A DNA stretch of 64,000 nucleotides from an uncultured Pelagibacteraceae bacterium (lineage in GTDB: Bacteria > Pseudomonadota > Alphaproteobacteria > Pelagibacterales > AG-422-B15), in the NCBI GenBank assembly GCA_902624455.1, contig CACNXQ010000005.1:1340-65339 (forward strand). The letters run 5' to 3'. The notes beneath the pieces were generated by a model. It ran no database searches. It was not told where the DNA came from and worked only from the letters and a program-made list of their open reading frames with translations. Within the stretch, counting starts at the first letter, position 1; each line of letters begins with the position of its first letter. The position numbers were made by a program, and so were the translations under genes. Below are positions 37,877 to 47,602 of this stretch, piece after piece.

Positions 37877-38997
37877 ATATCGCTCAGAAGTCTTGTTTCA
37901 ACTATAGAAATATCATAAGCATCTAGTCCGATAAATTTCCATTCTGTATTTGTAAGTAAAATCATTTTTTTCACGCCTAGCTCACTTAGGATCTGCGCAC
38001 CCATGCCGTATATTCTTAATTCATCATTTTCGTTACCATTATTTTTTTGCTTATTGGTCTTTTCATCTCTACTTGTTATCAAATTACTTATTATTGATTG
38101 ACCGCTATCTCTTATTAAAACCAAGATTCCTCTACCCTCATTATTTATTAACTCAATAGATTTATGCAATGATTCATCATTACTTCCGTAATTGCCAAAT
38201 AAATTATCAAAATAATCAGTAACGTGTACTCTCACAAGAATAGGTGCATCATCATTTAAATTACCTTTCGAAAGTACTATTTGTTCAGTGCTATCAAATA
38301 CTGATTCAAAAATTTTAATATCGAAGTCGTATCCTGGCTTAATGGTTATTTTTGAGTCATAAGATTTGTTAATAAAGTTATCTTTTTTTCTTCTATACGA
38401 TATCAAATCAACTATGCGACCAATTTTGATATTATGTTTTTTTGAAAAAGTAATTAAATCAGGTACTCGTGCCATAGTTCCATCATCATTCATTATCTCA
38501 CAAATTACTCCTGCTGGTGTAAATCCAGCTAATCTTGCCAAATCTACTGATGCCTCTGTATGACCAGCTCTGACTAACACACCTCCATCTCTTGCAACCA
38601 AAGGAAAAATATGACCTGGGCTCATGATGTCATCTTTTGTTTTATTGCTATTTATCGCAGTGTGTATTGTTGTTGCCCTGTCTTGAGCAGATATGCCCGT
38701 TGTCACTCCTTCTTTTGCTTCGATTGAAACTGTAAATGCGGTAGTGTCTCTACCTTGATTATTTTGTGCCATTAGAGGTATATCAAGCTCATTTACCCTT
38801 TCCTCGGTTAATGATAAACATATCAAACCTCTTCCATGAGTTGCCATAAAATTTATTGCGTGGTCATCAACTTTTGAGGCAGGTATTATTAAATCACCTT
38901 CATTTTCTCTATCTTCGTCATCAACCATAATAACCATCTTACCTTCTTTTAGGTCTTTTAGAATTTCATCAATTGATGATATGAAATCTGTATTCAT
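37873..38997 (-). CDS. ribBA: 3,4-dihydroxy-2-butanone-4-phosphate synthase fused to a degenerate GTP-cyclohydrolase-II-like domain (RibBX-type)
   Basis: 374 aa. The N-terminal RibB domain is intact (DDEDRENEGDLIIPA, RAGHTEASVDLARLAG). The C-terminal RibA-like domain lacks the zinc Cys residues (VRVHVTDYFDNLFGNYGSNDE). Confidence 0.9.
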   Translation of the reverse strand: MNTDFISSIDEILKDLKEGKMVIMVDDEDRENEGDLIIPASKVDDHAINFMATHGRGLICLSLTEERVNELDIPLMAQNNQGRDTTAFTVSIEAKEGVTTGISAQDRATTIHTAINSNKTKDDIMSPGHIFPLVARDGGVLVRAGHTEASVDLARLAGFTPAGVICEIMNDDGTMARVPDLITFSKKHNIKIGRIVDLISYRRKKDNFINKSYDSKITIKPGYDFDIKIFESVFDSTEQIVLSKGNLNDDAPILVRVHVTDYFDNLFGNYGSNDESLHKSIELINNEGRGILVLIRDSGQSIISNLITSRDEKTNKQKNNGNENDELRIYGMGAQILSELGVKKMILLTNTEWKFIGLDAYDISIVETRLLSDI

Positions 38998-39000
38998 GAT

Positions 39001-39597
39001 TTACTTCTTTAAATTTTTTGTAACATATCTTGCAAGCATATCGACTTCAAGATTTATTCTAGAACCTGGTTTAAGAAATCTAAGGTTTGTATATTTCCAA
39101 GTAAATGGAATAATATTAATAAAAATTTGACTCTTTTTTACATCATTTATAGTCAAAGATACTCCATTAATTGCAACAGAACCTTTTTTTACAAGAAACT
39201 TAGAAACTTTTGATGAAACCTTAATACACAATAAATGAGAGTCATCCACTGGACTAATTTTAGATATAATTGCAGTTTCGTCGACATGACCAAAAACAAA
39301 ATGCCCACTAATCTCATCGCCAAGTCTTAAAGACCTTTCTAAATTTATTTTATAATTTGATTTTAAGTCGCCCATGTTACTGCAATTAACTGTTTCTTGA
39401 GATACATCAAATGATAATTCTGTTTTATTACTAAGTCTTTTAATTGTGTGAACGGTTAGACATACTCCATCACAACAAATTGAACTTCCTTTTTTGATGC
39501 CCTTAAATTTATTTTTAGATGATACAACTAATTGATAGTCTTTTAATTTTTTAAAAGTTTTTACAATTCCTTGATCTTCAATAATACCTGTAAACAT
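39001..39597 (-). CDS. ribE: Riboflavin synthase alpha chain
   Basis: 198 aa. MFTGIIED start and duplicated lumazine-binding repeats (GSSICCDGVCLTV / GSVAINGVSLTI). Confidence 0.92.
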   Translation of the reverse strand: MFTGIIEDQGIVKTFKKLKDYQLVVSSKNKFKGIKKGSSICCDGVCLTVHTIKRLSNKTELSFDVSQETVNCSNMGDLKSNYKINLERSLRLGDEISGHFVFGHVDETAIISKISPVDDSHLLCIKVSSKVSKFLVKKGSVAINGVSLTINDVKKSQIFINIIPFTWKYTNLRFLKPGSRINLEVDMLARYVTKNLKK

Positions 39598-40685
39598 TAT
39601 TTAATCCTTAAGTAGGTTTTTAGCAAGTCATCAGATAAATACTGTTTATTAACAAGCTTAAATTTACTTATAAAATCTTTCATTGTTGAATTTTGCCCTT
39701 CTATTGCAAAAATTCCATTTGATCCATATTTTTTTGATGATTTAAACCAAAATAACTGATTAATAGAGTCCTCCAGAAAAAGAGAGGTATTAAGTTTTCT
39801 TCCACCTTCAACTAAAACGCTATTATAACCTATTTTAGCAATTCTATTCAAAACTAGGTTTAAGTCTAATTTTCCATTTTTTTGTTTTACATGAATGTAT
39901 TTCAATCCAGAATTTACATTTAGCTTTTTAGCTTTTTGATTATTATAAAATATAAATATTTTTCTATTTTGAATTTTAAAAATATTTAATTTTTTATTTA
40001 AAATTAAATTGCTGTCCAAGATAAATAAATCTGGAGTACTCTTCTCTAATCCAGATATTCTGCAATCTAACCATGGATTGTCTTTAATAACTGTGCTAGC
40101 TCCAACTAGCATACAATCTGATTTCGCTCTTAAATAATGACTTAATTTTCTTGAGAGCTGATTTGTTATCCATTTCTCTTTATGATTTTTTTGTGCAATC
40201 ATATTGTCATTTGTAGTGGCAATTTTAAGAGTTACATACGGCTTTTTTAATAAGAGTTTGTTAAAAAAAATCTTATTTAAATTAAATTCTCTATTTTTAA
40301 TATTGCAATGATAAACCTTTAATCTATTTTCTCTCATTTTTTTTATCGATTTACCATTTACAAGTGGATTTTTATCTTTCTCTGCATAAAAAATCTTTGA
40401 GAATTTATATTGTATTAACTTATCTACACACGGTTTTGTTTTCCCAGTATGAAAGCAAGGCTCAAGAGTCACATACATATCTGCGTTTTTTAAAATTTTT
40501 TTATTTTTAACTTTATTGATTGCATCAATCTCCGCATGAGGTTTACCACCAGGTTGAGTAAAGCCACGAGATAAGATTATTCCATTTTTTACTATTATAG
40601 CTCCTACAGGTGGATTAGGAGATGTTAGGCCTTGTGCTCTTTCAGCCATTCTGGCTGCTAATTCCATGTAATCTCTTGAATTCAA
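39597..40685 (-). CDS. ribD: Bifunctional diaminohydroxyphosphoribosylaminopyrimidine deaminase / 5-amino-6-(5-phosphoribosylamino)uracil reductase
   Basis: 362 aa. Deaminase zinc motifs HAEIDAI and TLEPCFHTGKTKPC. C-terminal reductase domain. Confidence 0.9.
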   Translation of the reverse strand: MNSRDYMELAARMAERAQGLTSPNPPVGAIIVKNGIILSRGFTQPGGKPHAEIDAINKVKNKKILKNADMYVTLEPCFHTGKTKPCVDKLIQYKFSKIFYAEKDKNPLVNGKSIKKMRENRLKVYHCNIKNREFNLNKIFFNKLLLKKPYVTLKIATTNDNMIAQKNHKEKWITNQLSRKLSHYLRAKSDCMLVGASTVIKDNPWLDCRISGLEKSTPDLFILDSNLILNKKLNIFKIQNRKIFIFYNNQKAKKLNVNSGLKYIHVKQKNGKLDLNLVLNRIAKIGYNSVLVEGGRKLNTSLFLEDSINQLFWFKSSKKYGSNGIFAIEGQNSTMKDFISKFKLVNKQYLSDDLLKTYLRIK

Positions 40686-40694
40686 ACTAGAAGC

Positions 40695-41153
40695 CTATTC
40701 TTTGTTAGAAGAGATAACACCCAAAAATTCTTCGAAATCTTTTGTCTCACGGAAGTTTTTATAAACTGAGGCAAACCTTACATATGCTACTGAGTCAATG
40801 CTCTGTAAACCTTCCATTACAATTTCACCTATAACATCAGAACTGATTTCAGTTTCACCTAAACTTTCTACTCGTCTTACTATGCCACTTATCATTCTAT
40901 CAACTCTATCTCTTTCAACTGGTCTTTTCCTAAGAGCAATCTGAACTGATCTCTCAAGTTTATCTCTATCAAATGGAGCTTTTTTGCCAGACTTTTTGAT
41001 TACGGTAAGTTCTCTAAGCTGAATTCTTTCAAAAGTAGTAAACCTAGCTCCACAATCTGGGCAGATTCTTCTTCTTCTTATTGCTGTATTATCTTCTGTA
41101 GATCTTGAGTCCTTTACTTGAGTATCGTCATTAGAACAAAAAGGACATTTCAT
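40695..41153 (-). CDS. nrdR: Transcriptional repressor NrdR
   Basis: 152 aa. [17 protein letters not shown]...[17 protein letters not shown] zinc ribbon plus ATP-cone. Confidence 0.95.
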   Translation of the reverse strand: MKCPFCSNDDTQVKDSRSTEDNTAIRRRRICPDCGARFTTFERIQLRELTVIKKSGKKAPFDRDKLERSVQIALRKRPVERDRVDRMISGIVRRVESLGETEISSDVIGEIVMEGLQSIDSVAYVRFASVYKNFRETKDFEEFLGVISSNKE

Positions 41154-41161
41154 AATTTAAC

Positions 41162-42424
41162 CTAACTATAAATGGGAAATTTACTGCAGAGATCTATTAC
41201 TTTTTTCTTAACTGTTTGTTCGACTTCGCTATTACTATCTCCATTAGCTTTTAAACCATTTAGCGTCTCAAGTATTAATTCCCCAACCAGTTTAAACTCT
41301 TCTTCTTTAAAGCCTCTAGTTGTTGCAGCTGGAGTACCTAGTCTTATACCTGATGTGATCTTTGGTGGCTTTGGATCTTTTGGAATGCCATTTTTATTAC
41401 ATGTAATATGTGCTTCTTCTAAACTAGTAGAAGCTAAATCTCCGGTTAGATCCATCGGAGTTAAATCAACGAGAATTAAATGAGTATCTGTGCCGCCTGA
41501 AACAATTTTTAGGCCACCATTAACTAAGGTTTCACTGAGCACTTTTGCATTTGTGATTACTTGCTTTATATATTGCTTGAACTCAGGTTTTAGAGCTTCA
41601 CCAAATGCAACTGCTTTTCCAGCAATAACATGCATTAAAGGTCCGCCTTGATATCCAGGAAACACAGCTGAATTAAATTTTTTTCCTAAATCAGTATTAT
41701 TGGAGAGTATCATTCCTCCTCTTGCACCTCTTATTGTCTTATGAGTTGTTGAAGTTACAACGTCTGCATATTCAAGAGGATTAGGATATTCTTCTGCAGC
41801 AACTAAGCCTGAAAAGTGAGCCATATCTACATGTAAATATGCTCCGACTAAATCGCAAATTTCTCTAAATCTTTTAAAATCAATTATTCTTGAATAAGCG
41901 CTTCCACCTGCAATAATAATCTTAGGTTTATGTTCTCTAGCTAGTTCTTCAACCTCATCGTAATTTATCAGTCCATCATCATTTAATCCATACTGAACTG
42001 CATCAAACCATTTGCCAGACATTGAAGGAGCTGAGCCATGAGTTAAATGCCCACCAGCATCAAGGCTCATTCCCAAAATTTTGTCTCCAGGTTTTATGAG
42101 AGCTAACATTACTGCTCCATTCGCTTGGGCACCTGAGTGAGGTTGAACATTTGCATATTCACACTTGTAGAGTTTCTTTAATCTTTCAATCGCGAGGTCC
42201 TCAGCAATATCAACAAATTCACAACCACCGTAGTACCTTTTAGTTGCATAACCCTCGGCATACTTATTTGTCATAACAGACCCTTGAGCTTCTAAAACTG
42301 CCTTTGAAACAATATTTTCTGAGGCGATAAGCTCTATTTGGTTTTGTTGTCTAGATAGTTCTTTGTTTATTGCTTGATGTATTTCGTTATCAATTTCGCT
42401 TAAAGATGATGAAAAAAAACTCAT
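41162..42424 (-). CDS. glyA: Serine hydroxymethyltransferase
   Basis: 420 aa. [15 protein letters not shown] (PLP Lys), [17 protein letters not shown]. Confidence 0.97.
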   Translation of the reverse strand: MSFFSSSLSEIDNEIHQAINKELSRQQNQIELIASENIVSKAVLEAQGSVMTNKYAEGYATKRYYGGCEFVDIAEDLAIERLKKLYKCEYANVQPHSGAQANGAVMLALIKPGDKILGMSLDAGGHLTHGSAPSMSGKWFDAVQYGLNDDGLINYDEVEELAREHKPKIIIAGGSAYSRIIDFKRFREICDLVGAYLHVDMAHFSGLVAAEEYPNPLEYADVVTSTTHKTIRGARGGMILSNNTDLGKKFNSAVFPGYQGGPLMHVIAGKAVAFGEALKPEFKQYIKQVITNAKVLSETLVNGGLKIVSGGTDTHLILVDLTPMDLTGDLASTSLEEAHITCNKNGIPKDPKPPKITSGIRLGTPAATTRGFKEEEFKLVGELILETLNGLKANGDSNSEVEQTVKKKVIDLCSKFPIYS

Positions 42425-42430
42425 ATTTAT

Positions 42431-42868
42431 TTACCCTATTTTATCTATTCTTTTTTGGTGTCTATCCCCTTCAAAATCAGTATTAAAGAAAGTATCAACA
42501 CATTGCAATGCTGTTTCTTGATCTAACACTCTTGCTCCTAAAGTCAAAATATTTGCGTCATTATGCGCCCTCGCAAGCTTTGTGATCTCTAAATTGTGGC
42601 ATAAAGCGGCCCTTATACCAGTATGTTTATTTGCACTCATAGCCATGCCCTGGCCTGAACCACAAATAAGTATTCCCTTGTTTGCATTGGACCCTTTTAG
42701 GTCATCAACCACTTTCTTAGCGTAGTCAGGATAATCTACCGATTCGTCATTTTTAGGTCCATTATCAATTACCTTAATTTTAAGAGCTTTTAAATGAGAT
42801 ACGATGATTTCTTTTAATTGGAAACCAGCATGATCAGAAGCTATTGAAACTATCATTAGTTTTGTCAT
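42431..42868 (-). CDS. rpiB: Ribose-5-phosphate isomerase B
   Basis: 145 aa RpiB/LacAB family. ASDHAGFQLK, GILICGSGQGMAMSANK, HNDANILTLGARV. Confidence 0.9.
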   Translation of the reverse strand: MTKLMIVSIASDHAGFQLKEIIVSHLKALKIKVIDNGPKNDESVDYPDYAKKVVDDLKGSNANKGILICGSGQGMAMSANKHTGIRAALCHNLEITKLARAHNDANILTLGARVLDQETALQCVDTFFNTDFEGDRHQKRIDKIG

Positions 42869-42922
42869 TCATTTATTATTAATAATTTTATACTAAATAT
42901 AGTGCAGGATAAAATCAACCTA

Positions 42923-43675
42923 CTAAATTTTCCATAAAGACCTAGATTTCAAAATTCTTTTTAGCAGCGTTGGCTTATCAGTCATTATACCGTCGACACC
43001 AATATCAATTAATTCATTAATTTCATTTTCATCATTTACTGTCCATACATGAACTTTTTTATTTTGATTATGAAATTTATCTATTATTGATTTTGTAATT
43101 ATTTTAAATCCCATATAACGACTTGGTATTTGTAAACATGGAATGTTTATTTTACTAAGAGGAATTATTTGTTTTAAATAAAATTTAATTGTCTCAGATT
43201 TAGTCATAGAAGTACATAATTTTACACCAACATTATTTCTTATCATTTCTAGTTTTTTAAAACTAAAAGACCCTATACAGAATCTGTTTATGTTTTTTAT
43301 TTTTTTTAATGATTGTGATAACAGCTTTGCCGAAGTGAAAGTTTTTGGTTCGATGTTAAAATTTATATTTGGCCATGTAGTTAATACCTCATCAAGTAAA
43401 GGGATATAATGTTTTTTTTTAATTTTGATTTTTTTTAGATCTTCATATTCCATGTCAGAAATCTTGATTTCTTCATTACATAGTCTTTTTAGATCTTCAT
43501 CATGAAATACCACTAGTTTGTTATCACGAGTATGTCTTACATCGGTTTCAATATACTCATATCCAAGATTTATAGAATGTTGGAAAGAATCTAGTGTATT
43601 TTCTGTGCTTTCTAATGACCCGCCTCTATGAGCGAATGGAATAAATTTATAATTGTTTAAAAACTCAAAATGCAT
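42923..43675 (-). CDS. Glycerophosphodiester phosphodiesterase family protein
   Basis: 250 aa. FAHRGG, IETDVRHTRDNKLVVFHD, VHVWTVN, GIMTDKP. Confidence 0.85.
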   Translation of the reverse strand: MHFEFLNNYKFIPFAHRGGSLESTENTLDSFQHSINLGYEYIETDVRHTRDNKLVVFHDEDLKRLCNEEIKISDMEYEDLKKIKIKKKHYIPLLDEVLTTWPNINFNIEPKTFTSAKLLSQSLKKIKNINRFCIGSFSFKKLEMIRNNVGVKLCTSMTKSETIKFYLKQIIPLSKINIPCLQIPSRYMGFKIITKSIIDKFHNQNKKVHVWTVNDENEINELIDIGVDGIMTDKPTLLKRILKSRSLWKI

Positions 43676-44464
43676 ATATATACCATTAGCATGATTGAAA
43701 ATTTGTTTATTATATTAGCGATCAATACCTTCGTCATTAGTATTTTATGGTTATCTCAACTTAAAACAAGAAGAGCAGATCTAATTGACGTTTATTGGGG
43801 GCCGAGTTTTTTTATTTCTATCTTAGCAGTTGCAATAAAAGATAATTCATTTCAATCAATGGCTGTTCTTATTTCTTTAGCTTTACTTGGTGTTTGGGGA
43901 TTAAGGCTTGGTATTTATCTTCTATTGAGAAATTCAAAAAAAGAAGAGGATATCAGGTACGTTAAGATCAGAAATAATATTGGAGATATAGGTATTTTAC
44001 TTCAGCCATACTTAATTCAAATTATTTTGATTGCAGTTGTACTTTTTCCATTTCAAGTTTTAATGTTATCCAATCCTACAGGGGGAATCAGCTTAATTAG
44101 TAAGATTGGTGTTATTGTTGCAATATTAGGGATTGTTATAGAGTCATTTGCTGATTATCAACTTTCAAATTTCAAAGCAGATAAGGCAAACATTGGAAAA
44201 CTAATGGACAAAGGATTATGGTATTACTCTAGACATCCAAATTATTTTGGTGACAGCCTTTTTTGGTGGGGCTCATTTATATTTTGCTTTGGTTTTTCTC
44301 ATAACATCATATCTATTGTATCTCCAGTGCTAATGACTTTTTTTTTATTAAGAGTTTCTGGGGTAACGATGCTAGAAAGACAAATAGCAAAAAAAAAATC
44401 TGGTTATCAAGAATACATCAAAACGACAAGTTCTTTTATCTTATTACCTAAATTCAAAAAATGA
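43670..44464 (+). CDS. DUF1295 / steroid-5-alpha-reductase-like membrane protein
   Basis: 264 aa polytopic. YSRHPNYFGD motif. The start is either 43670 (ATG within the ATGCAT shared with the divergent gene) or 43691. Confidence 0.7.
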   Translation: MHIYTISMIENLFIILAINTFVISILWLSQLKTRRADLIDVYWGPSFFISILAVAIKDNSFQSMAVLISLALLGVWGLRLGIYLLLRNSKKEEDIRYVKIRNNIGDIGILLQPYLIQIILIAVVLFPFQVLMLSNPTGGISLISKIGVIVAILGIVIESFADYQLSNFKADKANIGKLMDKGLWYYSRHPNYFGDSLFWWGSFIFCFGFSHNIISIVSPVLMTFFLLRVSGVTMLERQIAKKKSGYQEYIKTTSSFILLPKFKK

Positions 44465-45465
44465 CTCAAAACTTTTCTAATAGTTTTCCAAATATACGTA
44501 TGAGAAGGATCAGACAGTCAAAGTGGATTAGAAATTTAATTGAAGAAAATACTATTTCATCAAATGATATGATATGGCCTATATTTCTTAATGAGGGATC
44601 TAATGTAAAAGAAGAAATTGATACGATGCCAGGCGTGTTTCGCTACTCAGTAGATAACTTAAATGAGATTGTAGATATTGCAGAAAAACAAAAAATTAAT
44701 TTAGTAGCTCTGTTTCCTAGTACACCTGAGCAAGTAAAATCTGAAGATGGTGCTGAGGCTCTCAATCCTGATAATTTAGTCTGTAAAGCATTAAGGCATT
44801 TAAAATCTCAAAACTTAAACTTTGGATTAATGTGTGATGTAGCTCTAGATCCTTACACAAACCATGGCCATGATGGCTTAATTGACAACAATGAAATATT
44901 AAATGACGAGACAATTGAGTCATTAGTAAAACAATCCCTTTTACTTGCTCAAAACGGTGCCGACGTGATAGCTCCTTCAGATATGATGGATGGTCGAATT
45001 GGCGCAATTAGAAATGCACTAGAAGCGGAAAAGTATAAGAATACTATTCTTGTATCATATTCAGCAAAATATGCTTCTTCATTTTATTCGCCATTTCGAG
45101 ATGCAGTCGGTTCCAAAAAAAAACTCAAGTCAGATAAAAAGTCATATCAAATGAACATCTTTAATTCTGATGAAGCTTTAAGAGAAATTTCACTTGATAT
45201 TAGTGAAGGTGCAGATGCAGTAATTGTCAAACCTGGAATTGCTTATCTTGACATTATTCATAGAATAAAATCAAAATTTCAATTCCCAACTTTTGCCTAT
45301 CATGTTTCAGGTGAATACAGTCTTATTAAGTCAGCCGCACAAAAAGGAATAATCGATGAAAATCTTGCAGTACTTGAACATTTTGCTGCTTTTAAAAGAG
45401 CTGGTGCAGATGCAATAATATCTTATTACGCTCCTAAGATATCAGAAATAATCAAACTTATTTAA
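44461..45465 (+). CDS. hemB: Porphobilinogen synthase (delta-aminolevulinate dehydratase), Asp-rich (Mg-type) metal site
   Basis: 334 aa. CDVALDPYTNHGHDG (Asp-rich rather than Cys-rich), active-site Lys contexts SYSAKYASSFY and VKPG. ATGA overlap with the upstream gene. Confidence 0.95.
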   Translation: MTQNFSNSFPNIRMRRIRQSKWIRNLIEENTISSNDMIWPIFLNEGSNVKEEIDTMPGVFRYSVDNLNEIVDIAEKQKINLVALFPSTPEQVKSEDGAEALNPDNLVCKALRHLKSQNLNFGLMCDVALDPYTNHGHDGLIDNNEILNDETIESLVKQSLLLAQNGADVIAPSDMMDGRIGAIRNALEAEKYKNTILVSYSAKYASSFYSPFRDAVGSKKKLKSDKKSYQMNIFNSDEALREISLDISEGADAVIVKPGIAYLDIIHRIKSKFQFPTFAYHVSGEYSLIKSAAQKGIIDENLAVLEHFAAFKRAGADAIISYYAPKISEIIKLI

Positions 45466-46312
45466 TTAATCTTTTGATCAAGCTTGAGGTATCTAGGTTA
45501 TTATGACCTTGTTTTTGAAGATCTTCATAAAACGTATCAATTATTTTTGTAATTTCGAGGTCGATACCATATTTTTCAGACTCCCTAAACGCAATTGATA
45601 AATCTTTTCTCATTAAGTCAACTGCAAATCCAAAATCAAATTTATCTTCTGTCATAGTTTTAAATCTGTTTTCCATTTGCCATGATTGAGCTGCACCAGA
45701 CGAAATCACATCAAGAACTTTACTTGGATCTAAATTTGTATGTTTCATAAAATAAATTGCCTCAGATAAACTCTGTATTAATCCACCTATACATATTTGA
45801 TTAATAATTTTAGTTTGCTGTCCTGAACCTGTATCACCCATATATTCAACTTTTTTTCCGTATAAATCCATTACTGGCTTTGACTTTTTGAAAGCATAAA
45901 GATCTCCTCCAACCATAATGCTCAAAGCACCATTTTCAGCACCTGCCTGACCACCCGATACAGGGGCATCTAACAAATATACTGATTTTCCATTTAATCT
46001 CTTAGCTAATTTAATAACGGTTTCTGGAGAAACTGTTGAATGATCAATGAAAACAGATTCTTTTTGTAAATTATCAAAAGAATGATTTATTATTTCTTCT
46101 AAATCACTGTCATTACCAACACATGAAATTATGAAATCATAATCTTTATTGATTGATTTTAAGCCATCTAAAATTTCACCGTTGTATTCTGTAATCCATC
46201 TTTTTTGTTTTTCTTTGCTTCTATTGAAGATAGTTACCTTATGTTTCTGTGATAAGTATCCTGCCATTGGAAAACCCATGTTTCCAATTCCTATGAAAAG
46301 GATATTAAACAT
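45458..46312 (-). CDS. NAD(P)-dependent 3-hydroxyisobutyrate/6-phosphogluconate-dehydrogenase-like oxidoreductase
   Basis: 284 aa. FIGIGNMGFPMA Rossmann motif, DAPVSGG, beta-hydroxyacid dehydrogenase layout. Its 3' end overlaps the hemB 3' end by 8 nt (convergent). Confidence 0.8.
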   Translation of the reverse strand: MFNILFIGIGNMGFPMAGYLSQKHKVTIFNRSKEKQKRWITEYNGEILDGLKSINKDYDFIISCVGNDSDLEEIINHSFDNLQKESVFIDHSTVSPETVIKLAKRLNGKSVYLLDAPVSGGQAGAENGALSIMVGGDLYAFKKSKPVMDLYGKKVEYMGDTGSGQQTKIINQICIGGLIQSLSEAIYFMKHTNLDPSKVLDVISSGAAQSWQMENRFKTMTEDKFDFGFAVDLMRKDLSIAFRESEKYGIDLEITKIIDTFYEDLQKQGHNNLDTSSLIKRLIK

Positions 46313-47594
46313 TAAATACGTCCATCATTCTTTGCATCGCGCTAATCGTTACTAATAAAGGCATCCTAAAAAGCCTACCACCAGGAAAATTTTTGTGCTT
46401 TATCTTCTCAAATGCTTCTAATTCAGAAGTTTTACCATTAATTATCCCTTCCGATATAATTTTGCCTGCAATTCCCGTAAATGCTACACCATGACCTGAA
46501 AACCCGTGGGCGTAATAAATATTATCATTTAGCATACCTATATCGGGCACTCTGTTTACTGTAATGGCTATTAATCCTCCCCATATATATTCGATTTTAT
46601 GATTTACCAATTGAGGGTAAACTTTATCGAGTTGTCTTTTTGTCCTTTTTTTAAGTCCTTCTACATTTTTAAGAGAGTAACCTACCGCTCCACCAAAAAT
46701 CATACGTTTACTTGATGATAATCTATAATAATTCAAATCAAAATTTGTATCACTTACACAGTAGTTATTCGGTAGAATAGTATTTTGAATTGCTTCATCT
46801 AAAGGCTCAGTACATACAATGTATGTTTCGCAAGGCATTATCTTATTTTCAATTCCTAATTCTAAACCATCAAGGTATGCATTACAGCATACAGCTATTT
46901 TTTTTGATTTAATTTTTCCTTGTTTAGTTAAAACTTCAATACCTGAACTATGTTGATTAACTTTAACCACACAAGAATTTTCAAAGCATTGTACTCCTAA
47001 TTTTTGAGCGGCTTCCATAAGTCCTAAACAATATTTTAGTGGATGTAAGTGGCCAGCTCCACGATCTAGTATTCCTCCATAGTAAAGTTTTGATCCAATC
47101 TCAACACTAACTTCTTTCCTATCTAGAATTTCTAATTGCTCATAGCCATATTTATTCCTTTTATAAATACTATCATTTTCGTATTCTTTCATCTTCTTTG
47201 CGCTTGTTGCGGCATGAATTCCACCATTTTTTTTATCACAATTAATTTCAAATTCTGCTATTCGCTCATCAATTAGATCAACAGCACTTTGAGATATATT
47301 CCACATTTTCATTGCAAGTGACTCGCCATATTTTTTTTCTATAACATCAATACCCCAAGCAACATCATTCCATATCTGCCCCCCATTTCTGCCAGAAGCA
47401 CCCCATCCAATTATATTTTGTTCTAATAAAATAACATTGAGCCCCTTTTTAGCTGACTCTATTGCAGTTGATAATCCAGTAAATCCTCCTCCAATAACAC
47501 ACAAGTCACATGAGTGTTCTTCATTAAGTGTTGATGATGAAGTTTTTGACTTATCTAAGCTGGCTGCATAATAGCTGTCAGGATATAAACTCAT
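46305..47594 (-). CDS. FAD-dependent oxidoreductase (DAO family, gamma-glutamylputrescine-oxidase-like)
   Basis: 429 aa. CDLCVIGGGFTGLSTA dinucleotide motif, DAO-family length, C-terminal GFSGHGV. Substrate not determinable from sequence alone. Confidence 0.78.
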   Translation of the reverse strand: MSLYPDSYYAASLDKSKTSSSTLNEEHSCDLCVIGGGFTGLSTAIESAKKGLNVILLEQNIIGWGASGRNGGQIWNDVAWGIDVIEKKYGESLAMKMWNISQSAVDLIDERIAEFEINCDKKNGGIHAATSAKKMKEYENDSIYKRNKYGYEQLEILDRKEVSVEIGSKLYYGGILDRGAGHLHPLKYCLGLMEAAQKLGVQCFENSCVVKVNQHSSGIEVLTKQGKIKSKKIAVCCNAYLDGLELGIENKIMPCETYIVCTEPLDEAIQNTILPNNYCVSDTNFDLNYYRLSSSKRMIFGGAVGYSLKNVEGLKKRTKRQLDKVYPQLVNHKIEYIWGGLIAITVNRVPDIGMLNDNIYYAHGFSGHGVAFTGIAGKIISEGIINGKTSELEAFEKIKHKNFPGGRLFRMPLLVTISAMQRMMDVFNV

Positions 47595-47602
47595 AGAGCA
47601 AA

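Noticed and set aside
45458-45465. 8-nt convergent overlap of the hemB and dehydrogenase 3' ends. Also the back-to-back stop codons of chorismate mutase and rpmG at 31831-31836.
   Set aside because: These overlaps are real, but they are simply further examples of the general compaction of this genome and carry no separate functional implication that I can support.
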